A DNA stretch of 64,000 bases. Origin: Thermodesulfobacteriota bacterium. GTDB taxonomy: Bacteria > Desulfobacterota > Desulfarculia > JACQYL01. This document shows, piece by piece, positions 28,701 to 38,617 of the stretch (position 1 is its first letter; each line of letters starts with the position of its first letter). The notes beneath the pieces were generated by a model that was not told where the DNA came from, ran no database searches, and was given only the letters and a program-made list of their open reading frames with translations. Location of the stretch: the NCBI GenBank assembly GCA_963675595.2, contig CAXXLZ010000002.1, positions 2,016,001-2,080,000 on the forward strand, in the 5' to 3' direction. The translations under genes were made by a program, and so were the position numbers.

Positions 28701-28889
28701 TCAGGCCGACGCGATCGGCGCCCCTTCCCGGCCTTCCTCCTTTTGCCGGTAGAGAGATTCGAGAGTCTCTCGAGCTTTTGCCGTCACCGAATCATTCGCG
28801 TTTTCCGACTCCGCTCGGCGTTTCACCAAATTCTCCAGGTAGGCGATTTGCCTCTCCAGGTCGGATCCCGAGCTACAAGATTCACACAT
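28701..28889 (-). CDS. Small hypothetical protein with N-terminal CxxC
   Basis: SD AAGGAG; MCESC followed by a coiled-coil; starts 30 bp after the upstream gene. Confidence 0.6.
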   Translation of the reverse strand: MCESCSSGSDLERQIAYLENLVKRRAESENANDSVTAKARETLESLYRQKEEGREGAPIASA

Positions 28890-28919
28890 GATCCACTCCT
28901 TATGCCTCGAAGAGACGAC

Positions 28920-29402
28920 TCACCCTTGGACCTTCAGAGCCAGTTCCGCAACTCGTCTACCGAGCTTCTTACCGTTCTCCGCGGTTTCGGAATCCGGTTT
29001 TCCCACGCACGAAACCCCGTAATGGCCGGTAGCGTCCATCGGGTCCCCGACAATGACCATGCCGTAGATGAGCAAGGCCTGAATGATGCTCATCAAAGTG
29101 GTTTCTTTTCCTCCGGAGGCGTCTCCGGATGTGGTGAAAGCGGCCCCGATCTTATTCTCCATTTTCTTTCTCACGCCGACGAAACGATCGAAAACGGATT
29201 TGAGTTCGGCCGCCATGGTGCCGAAATACACGGGGGAACCCGCAATGACTCCCGCGGACTCCACGAAGTCCTCCTTGGTCGCCTCCTCGGTGGATTTGAG
29301 GACCGCGTTGACCCCCTGCACCTCATCGACACCCTCGGCGATGGCTTGAGCCAAAGTCAGGGTGTTCTTGCTTCGAGAAAAATAAAGGACAAGAATCTGC
29401 AT
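28920..29402 (-). CDS. WrbA-like flavodoxin-fold NAD(P)H oxidoreductase
   Basis: YFSRSKNT, GSPVYFGTM, KIGAAFTTSG..SGGKETT. Confidence 0.9.
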   Translation of the reverse strand: MQILVLYFSRSKNTLTLAQAIAEGVDEVQGVNAVLKSTEEATKEDFVESAGVIAGSPVYFGTMAAELKSVFDRFVGVRKKMENKIGAAFTTSGDASGGKETTLMSIIQALLIYGMVIVGDPMDATGHYGVSCVGKPDSETAENGKKLGRRVAELALKVQG

Positions 29403-29671
29403 GCGTATTCTCCGAATGAAATTTTACGGACTCATGTTGCGTTCCCGGAGGTTTCCGACGGAGCGGCCCTCCGTGTTCCCCTGATGTTTGGTCGCCTACA
29501 ACGGCTCTGCGAAGGCGAGGGCCTCGGTGCGATGGGAAGGATTTGTGCGATCGGACTCCGACGCACCGGGGCGGAAAGCGTACCGCCGGCGCCGTGCCTC
29601 AATCACTAGAGATCGGCCCGAGCCGGCTCACCTGCACCACGTCTGCTGACGGGAAGCCCTCGGAAGGAGAC

Positions 29672-29696
29672 AAAAAACCCGCCGTGCGGCGGGTTT
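29672..29696 (-). terminator. Rho-independent terminator after the FmdB-like gene
   Basis: Minus strand AAACCCGCCG-CA-CGGCGGG-TTTTTT. Confidence 0.8.
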
Positions 29697-29720
29697 GATC
29701 CTCACATTAGGCGGCATTGG

Positions 29721-30041
29721 TCAGTTGGAATCACCGGTCGCACCGGTCGACTTCTTGGGCTCGGCCGCCTCCTTGGGCTTCTTCTCCGCTTTTTCCGCGG
29801 GTGAAGAGGCTGTGGAGGATGATGCGGACGATCCGGACGACCCGGATGTCGAGGTGGAGCACTTGCGGGCATAATCGGTCACGTACCATCCGGACCCTTT
29901 GAGGTGGAAGGTACTTTGAGAGATCAGCCTGCGGAGCTCTCCCCCACAATGTTCGCAGGAGGTCAAAGGATCATCGCTAAAGCGTTGCATGGCCTCGGTA
30001 ATTTTCCCACACCCCGAGCACTCGTATTCATAAATCGGCAT
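29721..30041 (-). CDS. FmdB-family zinc-ribbon protein
   Basis: MPIYEYECSGCG...CEHCGG...FHLKGSGWYVTDY, then a Ser/Lys-rich tail. Confidence 0.92.
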   Translation of the reverse strand: MPIYEYECSGCGKITEAMQRFSDDPLTSCEHCGGELRRLISQSTFHLKGSGWYVTDYARKCSTSTSGSSGSSASSSTASSPAEKAEKKPKEAAEPKKSTGATGDSN

Positions 30042-30217
30042 AGTGAACACCCCCACGATGGTTTTGTTGTATGATTAGCCTGTTTTGGTATTTTGTCAAG
30101 GGGAAGTGAGGTAAGAAGAAAAGGATGCGCAGCGAGAAAAAGTGTTGCGGAGACGACGCGGTTGCGGTACAGTGCATGACAATATACCCATAAACAGCAC
30201 CAAAGCAGGTTTCGCAA

Positions 30218-31879
30218 ATGAAAAACTTCGTCGCAATCTTGACCTTGTGTACCTTCCTGGGCTTGGCCGCAACCTTCCCCGAGCCGGTTTCGGCCGTCGT
30301 CGCTTCCGACGCATCGCCGATCAAATCCATTCACAACTCTCAGTCCGACTCCAACGCTCTTTTCTCGGGCGTCGAAAGCGGCACTTTCCGGCAGGACGTC
30401 GACTCCCGCGTCCTTCGCAGCCGACGAGTCAGAATCAACCCTCAGGTCTTCGCTCGAACCACCGCAACTTCCACTCAGGGCGCGGAACTCATGACCCTGA
30501 ATCTCTTCGACGACACGGTATACCGCGCCGCCTTCAGAAGTTCGGACGTGAGTCGGGCCACGGGCGGCATCACCTGGGTGGGTGATATTGCGGAAGACGT
30601 CTACGGGCAGGTGGTGCTGACTTTGACCAAAGGGATTTTAGCCGGGACCGTCTCCCTTCCCGGTGCCCTTTACCAGATAAAATACATCGGGGCGGACGTC
30701 CATGAAGTCGTCCAAATCGACCCGGCTTCCTTCCCCTCGGAAGCCGCACCCATCACCCCCTCGTTAGGCGATTGGTCCACTTCGCCCGACGTGGTTTCTC
30801 CCGCCGCGGACAGCGGATCCGTTATCGACGTCCTGGTGGTGTACACGCCCGCGGCCCGACAGGCACAGGGCGGAACCTCGGCCATGGAAGCCCTCATCGA
30901 TCTGGCCGTGGCCGAAACCAACACCGGCTACGAAAACAGTGGGATCCAGCAGCGCCTCAATCTGGTCCACACCGCCGAGGTGAATTATACCGAATCCTCT
31001 TTTTCGACCGACCTATCCCGTCTTCAGGGGACAACCGACGGTTACATGGACGAAGTCCACAGCCTCAGGGACGCCTATTGCGCCGACGAAGTGGTCCTCA
31101 TCGGCAACCGCACCGACTACTGCGGGATCGGCTATCTGATGACATACGTTTCCACAAGCTTCAAGTCCTACGCGTTCGTCGTGGTTGCCAGAGTATGCGC
31201 CACGGGTTACTACAGCTTCGCCCATGAATTGGGCCACAATATGGGCGCCCACCACGACCGGGCCAACGCGAGCAGCCAAGGGGCATACGCATACGCCTAC
31301 GGCTACCAATCTCAAACCGAAGCTTTCAGGACGGTGATGGCCTACAACTGCCCCGGCGGATGTACTCGAGTACCCTACTGGTCGAATCCCGAAGTGACCT
31401 ATGGGGGAGAAGCCATGGGCGTTGCAGCCGGGGAAGCGAACGCTGCGGACAACCGCCTCACTCTGAACAATACGGCGTACACGGTGGCCAACTTCCGCAC
31501 TTCCTGCGACCCGTGTCCCGTCCCCGATTCCGGCTCACCCGTTTCTCCATCCGGAGAAACGTCCGAGACCCGTCCAACCTTTACCTGGCTGGAAGCCGAG
31601 GGCTCCGAATCCTACTTCCTCTCCGTACAGCAGGACGGCGGCGGGGAGGTCCTCTCCGAAGAGTATCCGGCCACGGTCTGCAGTTCCGGAACGTGCACGG
31701 TCGCCATTACACAGACCCTCCCGTCGGGAGCCTACAACTGGACCGTACAGGGTGATAACAGCTGTGGCCAAGGGCCCGAAAGCGAACCGATGTCGTTCGA
31801 GGTTAATGACGGAGGCGGGGGCCCGGTGAACCGCCTGCAACTGGTAACCGCACTGCTTTCCTTGCTTCTGGAAGAGTAG
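30218..31879 (+). CDS. Secreted M12/reprolysin-like zinc metallopeptidase
   Basis: Signal peptide, IDVLVVYT, HELGHNMGAHH, Met-turn TVMAY, C-terminal beta domain. Confidence 0.9.
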   Translation: MKNFVAILTLCTFLGLAATFPEPVSAVVASDASPIKSIHNSQSDSNALFSGVESGTFRQDVDSRVLRSRRVRINPQVFARTTATSTQGAELMTLNLFDDTVYRAAFRSSDVSRATGGITWVGDIAEDVYGQVVLTLTKGILAGTVSLPGALYQIKYIGADVHEVVQIDPASFPSEAAPITPSLGDWSTSPDVVSPAADSGSVIDVLVVYTPAARQAQGGTSAMEALIDLAVAETNTGYENSGIQQRLNLVHTAEVNYTESSFSTDLSRLQGTTDGYMDEVHSLRDAYCADEVVLIGNRTDYCGIGYLMTYVSTSFKSYAFVVVARVCATGYYSFAHELGHNMGAHHDRANASSQGAYAYAYGYQSQTEAFRTVMAYNCPGGCTRVPYWSNPEVTYGGEAMGVAAGEANAADNRLTLNNTAYTVANFRTSCDPCPVPDSGSPVSPSGETSETRPTFTWLEAEGSESYFLSVQQDGGGEVLSEEYPATVCSSGTCTVAITQTLPSGAYNWTVQGDNSCGQGPESEPMSFEVNDGGGGPVNRLQLVTALLSLLLEE

Positions 31880-31903
31880 CGTGGTTCGACCAGCCACGAC
31901 GAA

Positions 31904-32155
31904 TCAGGCGAGCATCTCTCGGATCCCGTGGCACGATTTCGAGGTGAGAATCACGTGACCGGAGTTCAAGATCAGGACGGTTCGGGTGGCTTTGCCTCCG
32001 CTGGTGTTAAGGCATCTGCCCAGTCCCTTGGCCTGTGTCCTGAACTTCCTGCCCGACGAACCACCTTCCCCATCCAGGGAAAGTATTTCTTTGACTCTGT
32101 GGGACACTACGTAATTACCGGGTTCGAGAAGAATGAGTCCTGGCGCCATGGTCAT
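31904..32155 (-). CDS. Divergent RemA/DUF370-like protein
   Basis: GNYVVSHRV...GKATRTVLILNSGHVILT resembles the DUF370 pattern; SD AGAGGA. Confidence 0.6.
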   Translation of the reverse strand: MTMAPGLILLEPGNYVVSHRVKEILSLDGEGGSSGRKFRTQAKGLGRCLNTSGGKATRTVLILNSGHVILTSKSCHGIREMLA

Positions 32156-32264
32156 AGGTGTCCTCTTAATATGGTTTACCGATAGGAAAATGGAGGTATC
32201 CGGCCGGTTTTTCGATGAATGCTACCGAATGAAAAGGCAAAGTAGCCAAAGAGAAACAATCTTG

Positions 32265-32293
32265 AGTATGTAACAAGAACCGTCGATCGTCAA
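32265..32293 (-). promoter_or_regulatory. Sigma70-like promoter for the RemA-like gene
   Basis: TTGACG-N17-CATACT. Confidence 0.5.
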
Positions 32294-32606
32294 GGGGTTC
32301 GCCGGGGGACCCTGGTCGTCATCGTTTCCTTTCGCTTAAAAACCGTGTTGAACTACGGCACTCGCCCTGCCCGCCGCTTTCTCGGTCGTCATCTTCCCGT
32401 TTTCACTCGAGACCGAAGGTTCTCCCAACATGGCTCCAATTGATCCCGCCTCCTCGGCTTTGTCCGGGCGGACGCTCCCGACAACTCCCCAAGTATGCGC
32501 CGTCTTCGAACGAATCGCCCCGTACCCATCTCATTTTTCGCGGTCGGTTGGTTTCAGACTTTATCTTCCGCTGAGCGGCCTTGAAGCTTGCACGTCGGGC
32601 AAGCAT

Positions 32607-32635
32607 TTGAAAGGCCTGGAGTGTTCTGACATAAT
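32607..32635 (+). promoter_or_regulatory. Sigma70-like promoter for mrcA
   Basis: TTGAAA-N17-CATAAT with extended -10 TGn. Confidence 0.55.
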
Positions 32636-32780
32636 ATTCGGATTGTGATACGGGCCCACTCGGAACACCAACGAACGCACGAGCTTTCTTTTTAGTTCGT
32701 CCTGTTCCGCATCGTGAGATGTCAATAATGCGAACGCCCGGTAAGAGTACGACTTCCTTCCTTTGTAAGGTGATCTGCAC

Positions 32781-35201
32781 ATGGAACCCAAACCTTCCGG
32801 CCCCAAGGGCATAACTGTCGAGGAAATCAAGCGGCGAAAGTTACGCACGAGAAGATGGTGGGTCGTACCGGCAGTCTTGCTGTTTCTCCTGCTCTTTTCG
32901 ATGGGCACCGCCTTGGTGGGCTACTTCTACATCACCTATGATCTTCCCAGTCTGTTCACCAAGGAGGATTACAATCCGCCTGTGGTGAGCCGAGTTTACG
33001 ACCGTAACGGGGAAGTCATTGGAGAATTTTTTCGCGAACGAAGGGAGCTTGTCCCACTTTCCAAAATGCCCGGAACGTTGATCCACGCGTTCGTTGCCGC
33101 GGAGGACGATCGATTCTTTGAACATCCCGGAATCGATGTCATGGGCATCCTTCGAGCTTTCGTAAAGAATATCAAGGCCGGCAAAAAGATTCAGGGTGGA
33201 AGCACCATCACTCAGCAGATCACTCGTTCCCTGCTGCTTACCCCTGAGAAGAGCTATCGACGAAAAATCAGAGAAGTCATCCTCGCCTATCGCCTTGAAA
33301 ACCGACTCAGCAAGGAAGACATCCTTTACATCTACCTGAATCAGATTTACCTAGGCCATGGCGCATACGGGGTTGAAGCGGCGAGCCGTGCCTATTTCGG
33401 AAAGTCCGTCAGTGATCTCAACCTTGCCGAGTGTGCAATGCTTGCAGGCTTACCCAGAGCTCCGAGCCGTTATTCTCCTTACGCCGACATTGAGAAGGCC
33501 CGTGAACGTCAGTCCTACGTGCTTCGCCGCATGGTCGAGGAAGGTTACATCTCCCCCGAAGAGGCCGAAAAGGCGCGGAGCTACGGCGTCCAACTCGGCG
33601 ACAACGACGAAGAGCCGTTTTACAAAGCGCCTTACTTCACCGAATACGTGCGCCAATACGTCGAAGCAACGTACGGAGCCGATGAACTGTACGAAGGCGG
33701 ACTCAGAATCTACACCACGGTTGACGCCGGACTTCAGAAAATCGCGCAACATGCCGTCGCACGCGGAATTGAGGAGCTCGATAAGCGCATCGGGTACAGG
33801 GGGCCGTTGGAACATCTCAAAAAATCGGAATGGGAACCTTTCTGTAAATCTTTGGCCGAACAAGAGCTCCAGGAAGGCAAGGTGGTCACCGGGTTGGTTA
33901 CCCGAGTGGACGACTCCTCCAAAACAGTGCATGTCTGCCTTGGATCCGATGAGGGGATCATCGAGCTCAAGCATATGGCCTGGGCTCGTCACCCCAATCC
34001 CAAGGTCGCCTCGGATTATGCCTCCATAAACGTCCCTTCCGATGCCCTCAAACCCGGTGATCGGATACAGGCTAAGATTCTCGCGATTCCCAAGAGGGAC
34101 ACACGAAAGGACGGAACGCCCGTCAAGGCGATCAAACTTGCTTTGGAACAGGAACCCGATGCACAGGCCGCTCTTCTGTGTATGGAGAACGATACCGGTT
34201 TCGTCCGTGCTTTGGTGGGCGGAAGCGATTTCCGGAAGAGTCAGTTCAACCGCGCGCTTCAGGCCAGGCGGCAGCCGGGTTCCGCCTTTAAACCCATCGT
34301 TTACGCGGCCGCCTTGGATAAGGGATTCACTCCGGTGAGCATCATTATAGATTCCCCGGTTGTGTACGATGACCCATCTCAAGGTGGAAAATGGAAACCG
34401 CAGAATTACGAAGAAGAGTTTTACGGACCCACCCTTCTCCGGGAAGCTCTGATCCACTCCCGAAATGTGGTTACGGTAAAGCTCCTCCAGGATATCGGCG
34501 TCGGATATGTGATCGATTACGCTCGTAAGCTTGGGATTCAGTCCGATCTCGTGCATAATCTTTCTCTTGGATTAGGCGCTTCAGACGTTACACTGTTGGA
34601 AATCGTACGCGCCTACACGGCCTTCGCTAATGGCGGAATGCTGGTCAAGCCTGTTTTTATCACCAAGGTGGTGGATAAGCGTGGACTCGTCCTCGAGGAA
34701 AGCGAAATTGAGAAGCAACGTGCGATGCACGAGGATACTTCTTTTTTAATGACCCATCTCCTTACCGAAGTGGTTCAATACGGCACGGGTAAAAGGGCCT
34801 TGAAGCTCAATCGCCCCGCAGCCGGAAAGACCGGTACTACGAATGATCTGAAGGACGCTTGGTTCATCGGATTTACCCCTGAACTTTGCGCCGGTGTGTG
34901 GGTGGGTTTCGACGATTTTCGGCCCATGGGAAGGTTTGAAACCGGTGCAAGGGCAGCCAGCCCAATCTGGGTCGATTTCATGAGAGGTGCCCTCACCGGA
35001 AAGAAAATTACGCCTTTCTCTCCGCCCGAGGGTGTCACCTTTGCCAAGATCGACCCTCAATCCGGGAAACTGGCCTCTTTTTCAACTGAGAATCCGGTTT
35101 TCGAATGTTTTAAAATGGGAACGGAGCCTACCGAATATGCGGAAGAGACGGACATGTTGACTCCGGATGTGCCCGTGGATTTCTTCAAGACCAATTTCTG
35201 A
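32781..35201 (+). CDS. mrcA: Penicillin-binding protein 1A
   Basis: EDDRFFEHPG, GGSTITQQ, RKIRE, OB insert, SAFK (SxxK), SRN, KTG. Confidence 0.95.
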   Translation: MEPKPSGPKGITVEEIKRRKLRTRRWWVVPAVLLFLLLFSMGTALVGYFYITYDLPSLFTKEDYNPPVVSRVYDRNGEVIGEFFRERRELVPLSKMPGTLIHAFVAAEDDRFFEHPGIDVMGILRAFVKNIKAGKKIQGGSTITQQITRSLLLTPEKSYRRKIREVILAYRLENRLSKEDILYIYLNQIYLGHGAYGVEAASRAYFGKSVSDLNLAECAMLAGLPRAPSRYSPYADIEKARERQSYVLRRMVEEGYISPEEAEKARSYGVQLGDNDEEPFYKAPYFTEYVRQYVEATYGADELYEGGLRIYTTVDAGLQKIAQHAVARGIEELDKRIGYRGPLEHLKKSEWEPFCKSLAEQELQEGKVVTGLVTRVDDSSKTVHVCLGSDEGIIELKHMAWARHPNPKVASDYASINVPSDALKPGDRIQAKILAIPKRDTRKDGTPVKAIKLALEQEPDAQAALLCMENDTGFVRALVGGSDFRKSQFNRALQARRQPGSAFKPIVYAAALDKGFTPVSIIIDSPVVYDDPSQGGKWKPQNYEEEFYGPTLLREALIHSRNVVTVKLLQDIGVGYVIDYARKLGIQSDLVHNLSLGLGASDVTLLEIVRAYTAFANGGMLVKPVFITKVVDKRGLVLEESEIEKQRAMHEDTSFLMTHLLTEVVQYGTGKRALKLNRPAAGKTGTTNDLKDAWFIGFTPELCAGVWVGFDDFRPMGRFETGARAASPIWVDFMRGALTGKKITPFSPPEGVTFAKIDPQSGKLASFSTENPVFECFKMGTEPTEYAEETDMLTPDVPVDFFKTNF

Positions 35202-35340
35202 ACGTATCCTCGACTGCCGTACAGGATTCGAGGAGGAAGCCATGCGGACGGACGCTCAAGTTGCGCTGTTCCCCGTGCCCGGTTCAAATCGGCATTTTGG
35301 TTGTCTCCCGGTTCGGGGCCGCACTGACTAAGGAAGGACC

Positions 35341-36759
35341 GTGGAGACATCGGAACCGAATACCTCTAAGCGGGTCGGCCCCTATTGCCGAGGTTACAAC
35401 CATCTATATCTCAAGGCCAACGGTGAAATCCCTTGCTGGTGCAGTACGGGCGAATCTGTAATCCTCCAAAACGAGCTGGCCTCTCTCGGCCGCGACTTCG
35501 GCCGCCGTGTGGTCAACGGAGATGCGCTGCGCCGTGTTCGAAGGAGTTTCCTTTCCGGCCGTGTGGCCTTCCCGCAATGCGGAACCTGCGAGCTTTTCCG
35601 TGAATCCACACCGAGTAATGCGTGGAGTGATCTCTCCGACGACGAATCCGGGGCGATTTCGGGTGTCCAAATTTTCCAGGTGGAATCGTCCTTTCTGTGT
35701 ACATTGGACTGTCCCATGTGCGTCGGAAAGAGCAGCAGAACCCGGCTCAAGGGCCCCCCATACAACCTTCCCTTTCCTCTATTCCAGAACGCCGTTACCG
35801 GATTGGCGGATGAGGAAATCTCCGTGCGTGAGCTGTCTTTCTGCGGTCGGGGCGAGCCTTTTCTAAATCCCGATTTGCTGCGCATGGTTGCATTTGCCAA
35901 GGAACGCCTGAAAACCCGCGCCACCATCATTACCAACGGTAATTGCGCCTTTGACCCGGACATGGTCAAGTCCGGTCTTGACCGGATCGAAATCTCTTGG
36001 GACGGTACCGACAAGGCGACCTACTCGAAGTATCGCATTCATGGCAGTTTTCAGAAAGTCCTGGACCTGACCTCCTCGTTGGCCGACTTCAAGAAGACTC
36101 TTGGCGCACCTAATCCCAGGATCATGGTGAAATACATCCTTTTCTCCTGGAACGACTCCGAAGAACAGCTGCTCCGGCTTTTCGACATGACGCGTGCTCT
36201 TTGTGTGGACGAGATTCTCTTTGTATTCACCGATACTTTGGGGAAATCTAAACGATTTCTCCATTCGGACCAAATTGAGGACCTGCTTTCACGCAAGGTT
36301 CGGGAGGGCTCCCTTTCCCTTCCTTCACGCTCTTATCTGAATACCAGAAGCACCGTTGCACAGGTGAGATTCTTCCATGAATGGTCTATCGAGGGAGACG
36401 CCGAAGGGCGATCGGTCAATATCCTAGGTTGGTTCGTAGATGCCAATGAAACCGAGAGAATGGAGTCCGGCATCGTTCTCATTAATGGAAACGAGAGCTA
36501 TCCGATGGAGGTGAACCTTCCCAGCATGGACCTCGTACGAGCACGCCACTGTGAAGCCATCTGGCCCGAAGATCCCCTCCTTCGCTTCCGCGCGACAATA
36601 CCATTATCATGTCTTGCAGGGGATGCCGCTGAAATCGAAGTGGTCGTACGCACCACAGAAGGCCGGACCGTATCCTTGGGCAAGAAGGCTTTCAAGCCGG
36701 CGGGCGTTTCCCGTTGGAGCAGATTGAAAGGTGCGCTTTTGCGGAGAACCCGGGCCTAA
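35341..36759 (+). CDS. Radical SAM protein with N-terminal SPASM/twitch-like domain
   Basis: YC...NGEIPCWC...CGTC precedes CTLDCPMC (CxxxCxxC), GRGEP, ITNG, ISWDG. Confidence 0.85.
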   Translation: METSEPNTSKRVGPYCRGYNHLYLKANGEIPCWCSTGESVILQNELASLGRDFGRRVVNGDALRRVRRSFLSGRVAFPQCGTCELFRESTPSNAWSDLSDDESGAISGVQIFQVESSFLCTLDCPMCVGKSSRTRLKGPPYNLPFPLFQNAVTGLADEEISVRELSFCGRGEPFLNPDLLRMVAFAKERLKTRATIITNGNCAFDPDMVKSGLDRIEISWDGTDKATYSKYRIHGSFQKVLDLTSSLADFKKTLGAPNPRIMVKYILFSWNDSEEQLLRLFDMTRALCVDEILFVFTDTLGKSKRFLHSDQIEDLLSRKVREGSLSLPSRSYLNTRSTVAQVRFFHEWSIEGDAEGRSVNILGWFVDANETERMESGIVLINGNESYPMEVNLPSMDLVRARHCEAIWPEDPLLRFRATIPLSCLAGDAAEIEVVVRTTEGRTVSLGKKAFKPAGVSRWSRLKGALLRRTRA

Positions 36760-36779
36760 CCCCCCATACCGGACAGCAA

Positions 36780-36807
36780 AGGCTCATCGAACTTCTTCGA
36801 TGAGCCT
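36780..36807. terminator. Hairpin between convergent radical SAM and rplQ genes
   Basis: 12-bp perfect stem AGGCTCATCGAA-CTTC-TTCGATGAGCCT; weak U-tracts. Confidence 0.55.
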
Positions 36808-36853
36808 CCGATTCCATACTATCATTCGGTGCGCCGAAGGCGCCCGGGTCGTA

Positions 36854-37510
36854 TTACTTTTTTTCTTCTTCGGCCTCCGCCTTCTCAGTGGTCTCAGTGG
36901 GGCCGGGTTCCGTCTCACTCTCGGTTGTCGCCTCCGTCGGAGCGGCTTCGGCGGCTTCCTCCGCGGCGGTCTCTTCCTTTTCGGGTTCGGGAGCTTCAGC
37001 CTTCACTTCTTCCTTAGGGGCTTCAGGTTTGGGCGTCTCCGCAGGAGCAGCCGAAGCTTCAGCCTTCTTTTTGGCTTTCGGCTTTTCTTCCTTCTTCTTT
37101 CCCAAACGATCCAGCAACCTGCCCTTTTTGGCCTTCTTCGGTTCGGCCTTATCGTCCTTAGCAACCAGTTCGACAATGGAAACCGGGGCTCCATCCCCAA
37201 CTCGGAACCCTTTCTTAACCACTCGGACGTATCCGCCGGGGCGGTCACTATACCGTTTACTCAACTCATCAAACAACTTAGCCACGACGGACTTGCTGCG
37301 AATGAAGGAAAGAGCTTGGCGTCGGGCGTGAAGGTCCCCCCGTTTTGCGAGAGTTACCATACGATCCGCGACGACCCGCAATTCCTTGGCACGTGCATCA
37401 GTGGTTTCGATTTTTTCATGCTCAAACAACGAAGTGACCATATTCCGCAACATTGCTTTTCGATGCGAAGTGGTAACACCCAGTTTGCGGCCTGCCATAC
37501 GATGTCTCAT
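36854..37510 (-). CDS. rplQ: 50S ribosomal protein L17 with long charged tail
   Basis: [11 protein letters not shown]...RPGGYVR. Confidence 0.97.
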   Translation of the reverse strand: MRHRMAGRKLGVTTSHRKAMLRNMVTSLFEHEKIETTDARAKELRVVADRMVTLAKRGDLHARRQALSFIRSKSVVAKLFDELSKRYSDRPGGYVRVVKKGFRVGDGAPVSIVELVAKDDKAEPKKAKKGRLLDRLGKKKEEKPKAKKKAEASAAPAETPKPEAPKEEVKAEAPEPEKEETAAEEAAEAAPTEATTESETEPGPTETTEKAEAEEEKK

Positions 37511-38520
37511 TGCTCCTGTTCCTTCCTCTTCTTTTCAAGGAGCTCCTTCGAGGGCCAATTGGGAAGCCTCATGCCCAAGGACAACCCCATGTCACTAAGA
37601 ATCTCTTTGATCTCGTTCAGAGATTTTCGGCCGAAGTTTTTCGTCTTCAGCATCTCGTTCTCGGACTTCTGCACCAATTCGCCGATATAGGTAATACTAG
37701 CGTTCTTGAGGCAGTTCGCTGAACGTACGGACAGCTCGAGCTCATCTACCGTGCGGTACAGATGCTCGTTCTCAATTTCCGTTTCCTCGACCTCTTCCTC
37801 TTCCTCAACTTCTTCTTCCTCTTCGAAGTTGATGAAAATACTGAGCTGCTCCTTCAGTATCTTGGCGGAGTAGGCCAATGCGTCCTCCGGCGTCACACTA
37901 CCGTTGGTCCAAATTTCAAGAACAAGTTTGTCGTAGTCCGTAATCTGTCCGACGCGCGTGTTTACTACCCGATAATTCACCTTTTCGATCGGAGAGAACA
38001 TGGCGTCGACTGCAATGGTACCGATAGGCGAGTCTTCTTGTTTGTTTCTCTCGGCCGGAACATATCCCTTGCCCATTCCGACGGTCATGACCATGTGAAG
38101 TGCGCCGTCCTTACCAATGGTGGCGATATGGGTATCGGGATTCAATATCTCAATGGTCCCGTCGGTTTTGATCTGCTCCGCAGTGACCTTGCCTTCTTCA
38201 ACGCAATCGAGGCTGATCTCTTTGGGGCCCTCACCATGCATCTTCAGACAAACTTGCTTAAGATTGAGAATAATATCCGTTACGTCTTCCACAACACCGG
38301 CAACGGTGGTGAATTCGTGCATAACGCCTTCAATGCGCACCGATGTGATCGCCGCACCTTGAAGGGAAGAGAGAATGATTCTCCTCAGCGCATTACCGAT
38401 GGTAAGCCCAAAACCACGTTCCATGGGCTCACACTCGAACTTTGCGTAGTACGGGCTATGCGACTCTTCCTCGATATCGAGGCGCCTGGGTCTGATGAGT
38501 TCTCTCCAGTTTTTCTGCAT
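37507..38520 (-). CDS. rpoA: RNA polymerase alpha subunit
   Basis: [32 protein letters not shown]. Confidence 0.98.
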   Translation of the reverse strand: MQKNWRELIRPRRLDIEEESHSPYYAKFECEPMERGFGLTIGNALRRIILSSLQGAAITSVRIEGVMHEFTTVAGVVEDVTDIILNLKQVCLKMHGEGPKEISLDCVEEGKVTAEQIKTDGTIEILNPDTHIATIGKDGALHMVMTVGMGKGYVPAERNKQEDSPIGTIAVDAMFSPIEKVNYRVVNTRVGQITDYDKLVLEIWTNGSVTPEDALAYSAKILKEQLSIFINFEEEEEVEEEEEVEETEIENEHLYRTVDELELSVRSANCLKNASITYIGELVQKSENEMLKTKNFGRKSLNEIKEILSDMGLSLGMRLPNWPSKELLEKKRKEQEQ

Positions 38521-38617
38521 ACATTCTCCTCGTAGAGGATTCCGGCCTATCGTAAGGAAAAGGCACGAAAACAGGGTCCCGTCCCACGATAAGGTCCGGA
38601 TGCGGCTCTCCTGGAGG

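Noticed and set aside
32403-32780. ORFs in the remA-like/mrcA intergenic region
   Set aside because: No motifs; they overlap a good sigma70 promoter.
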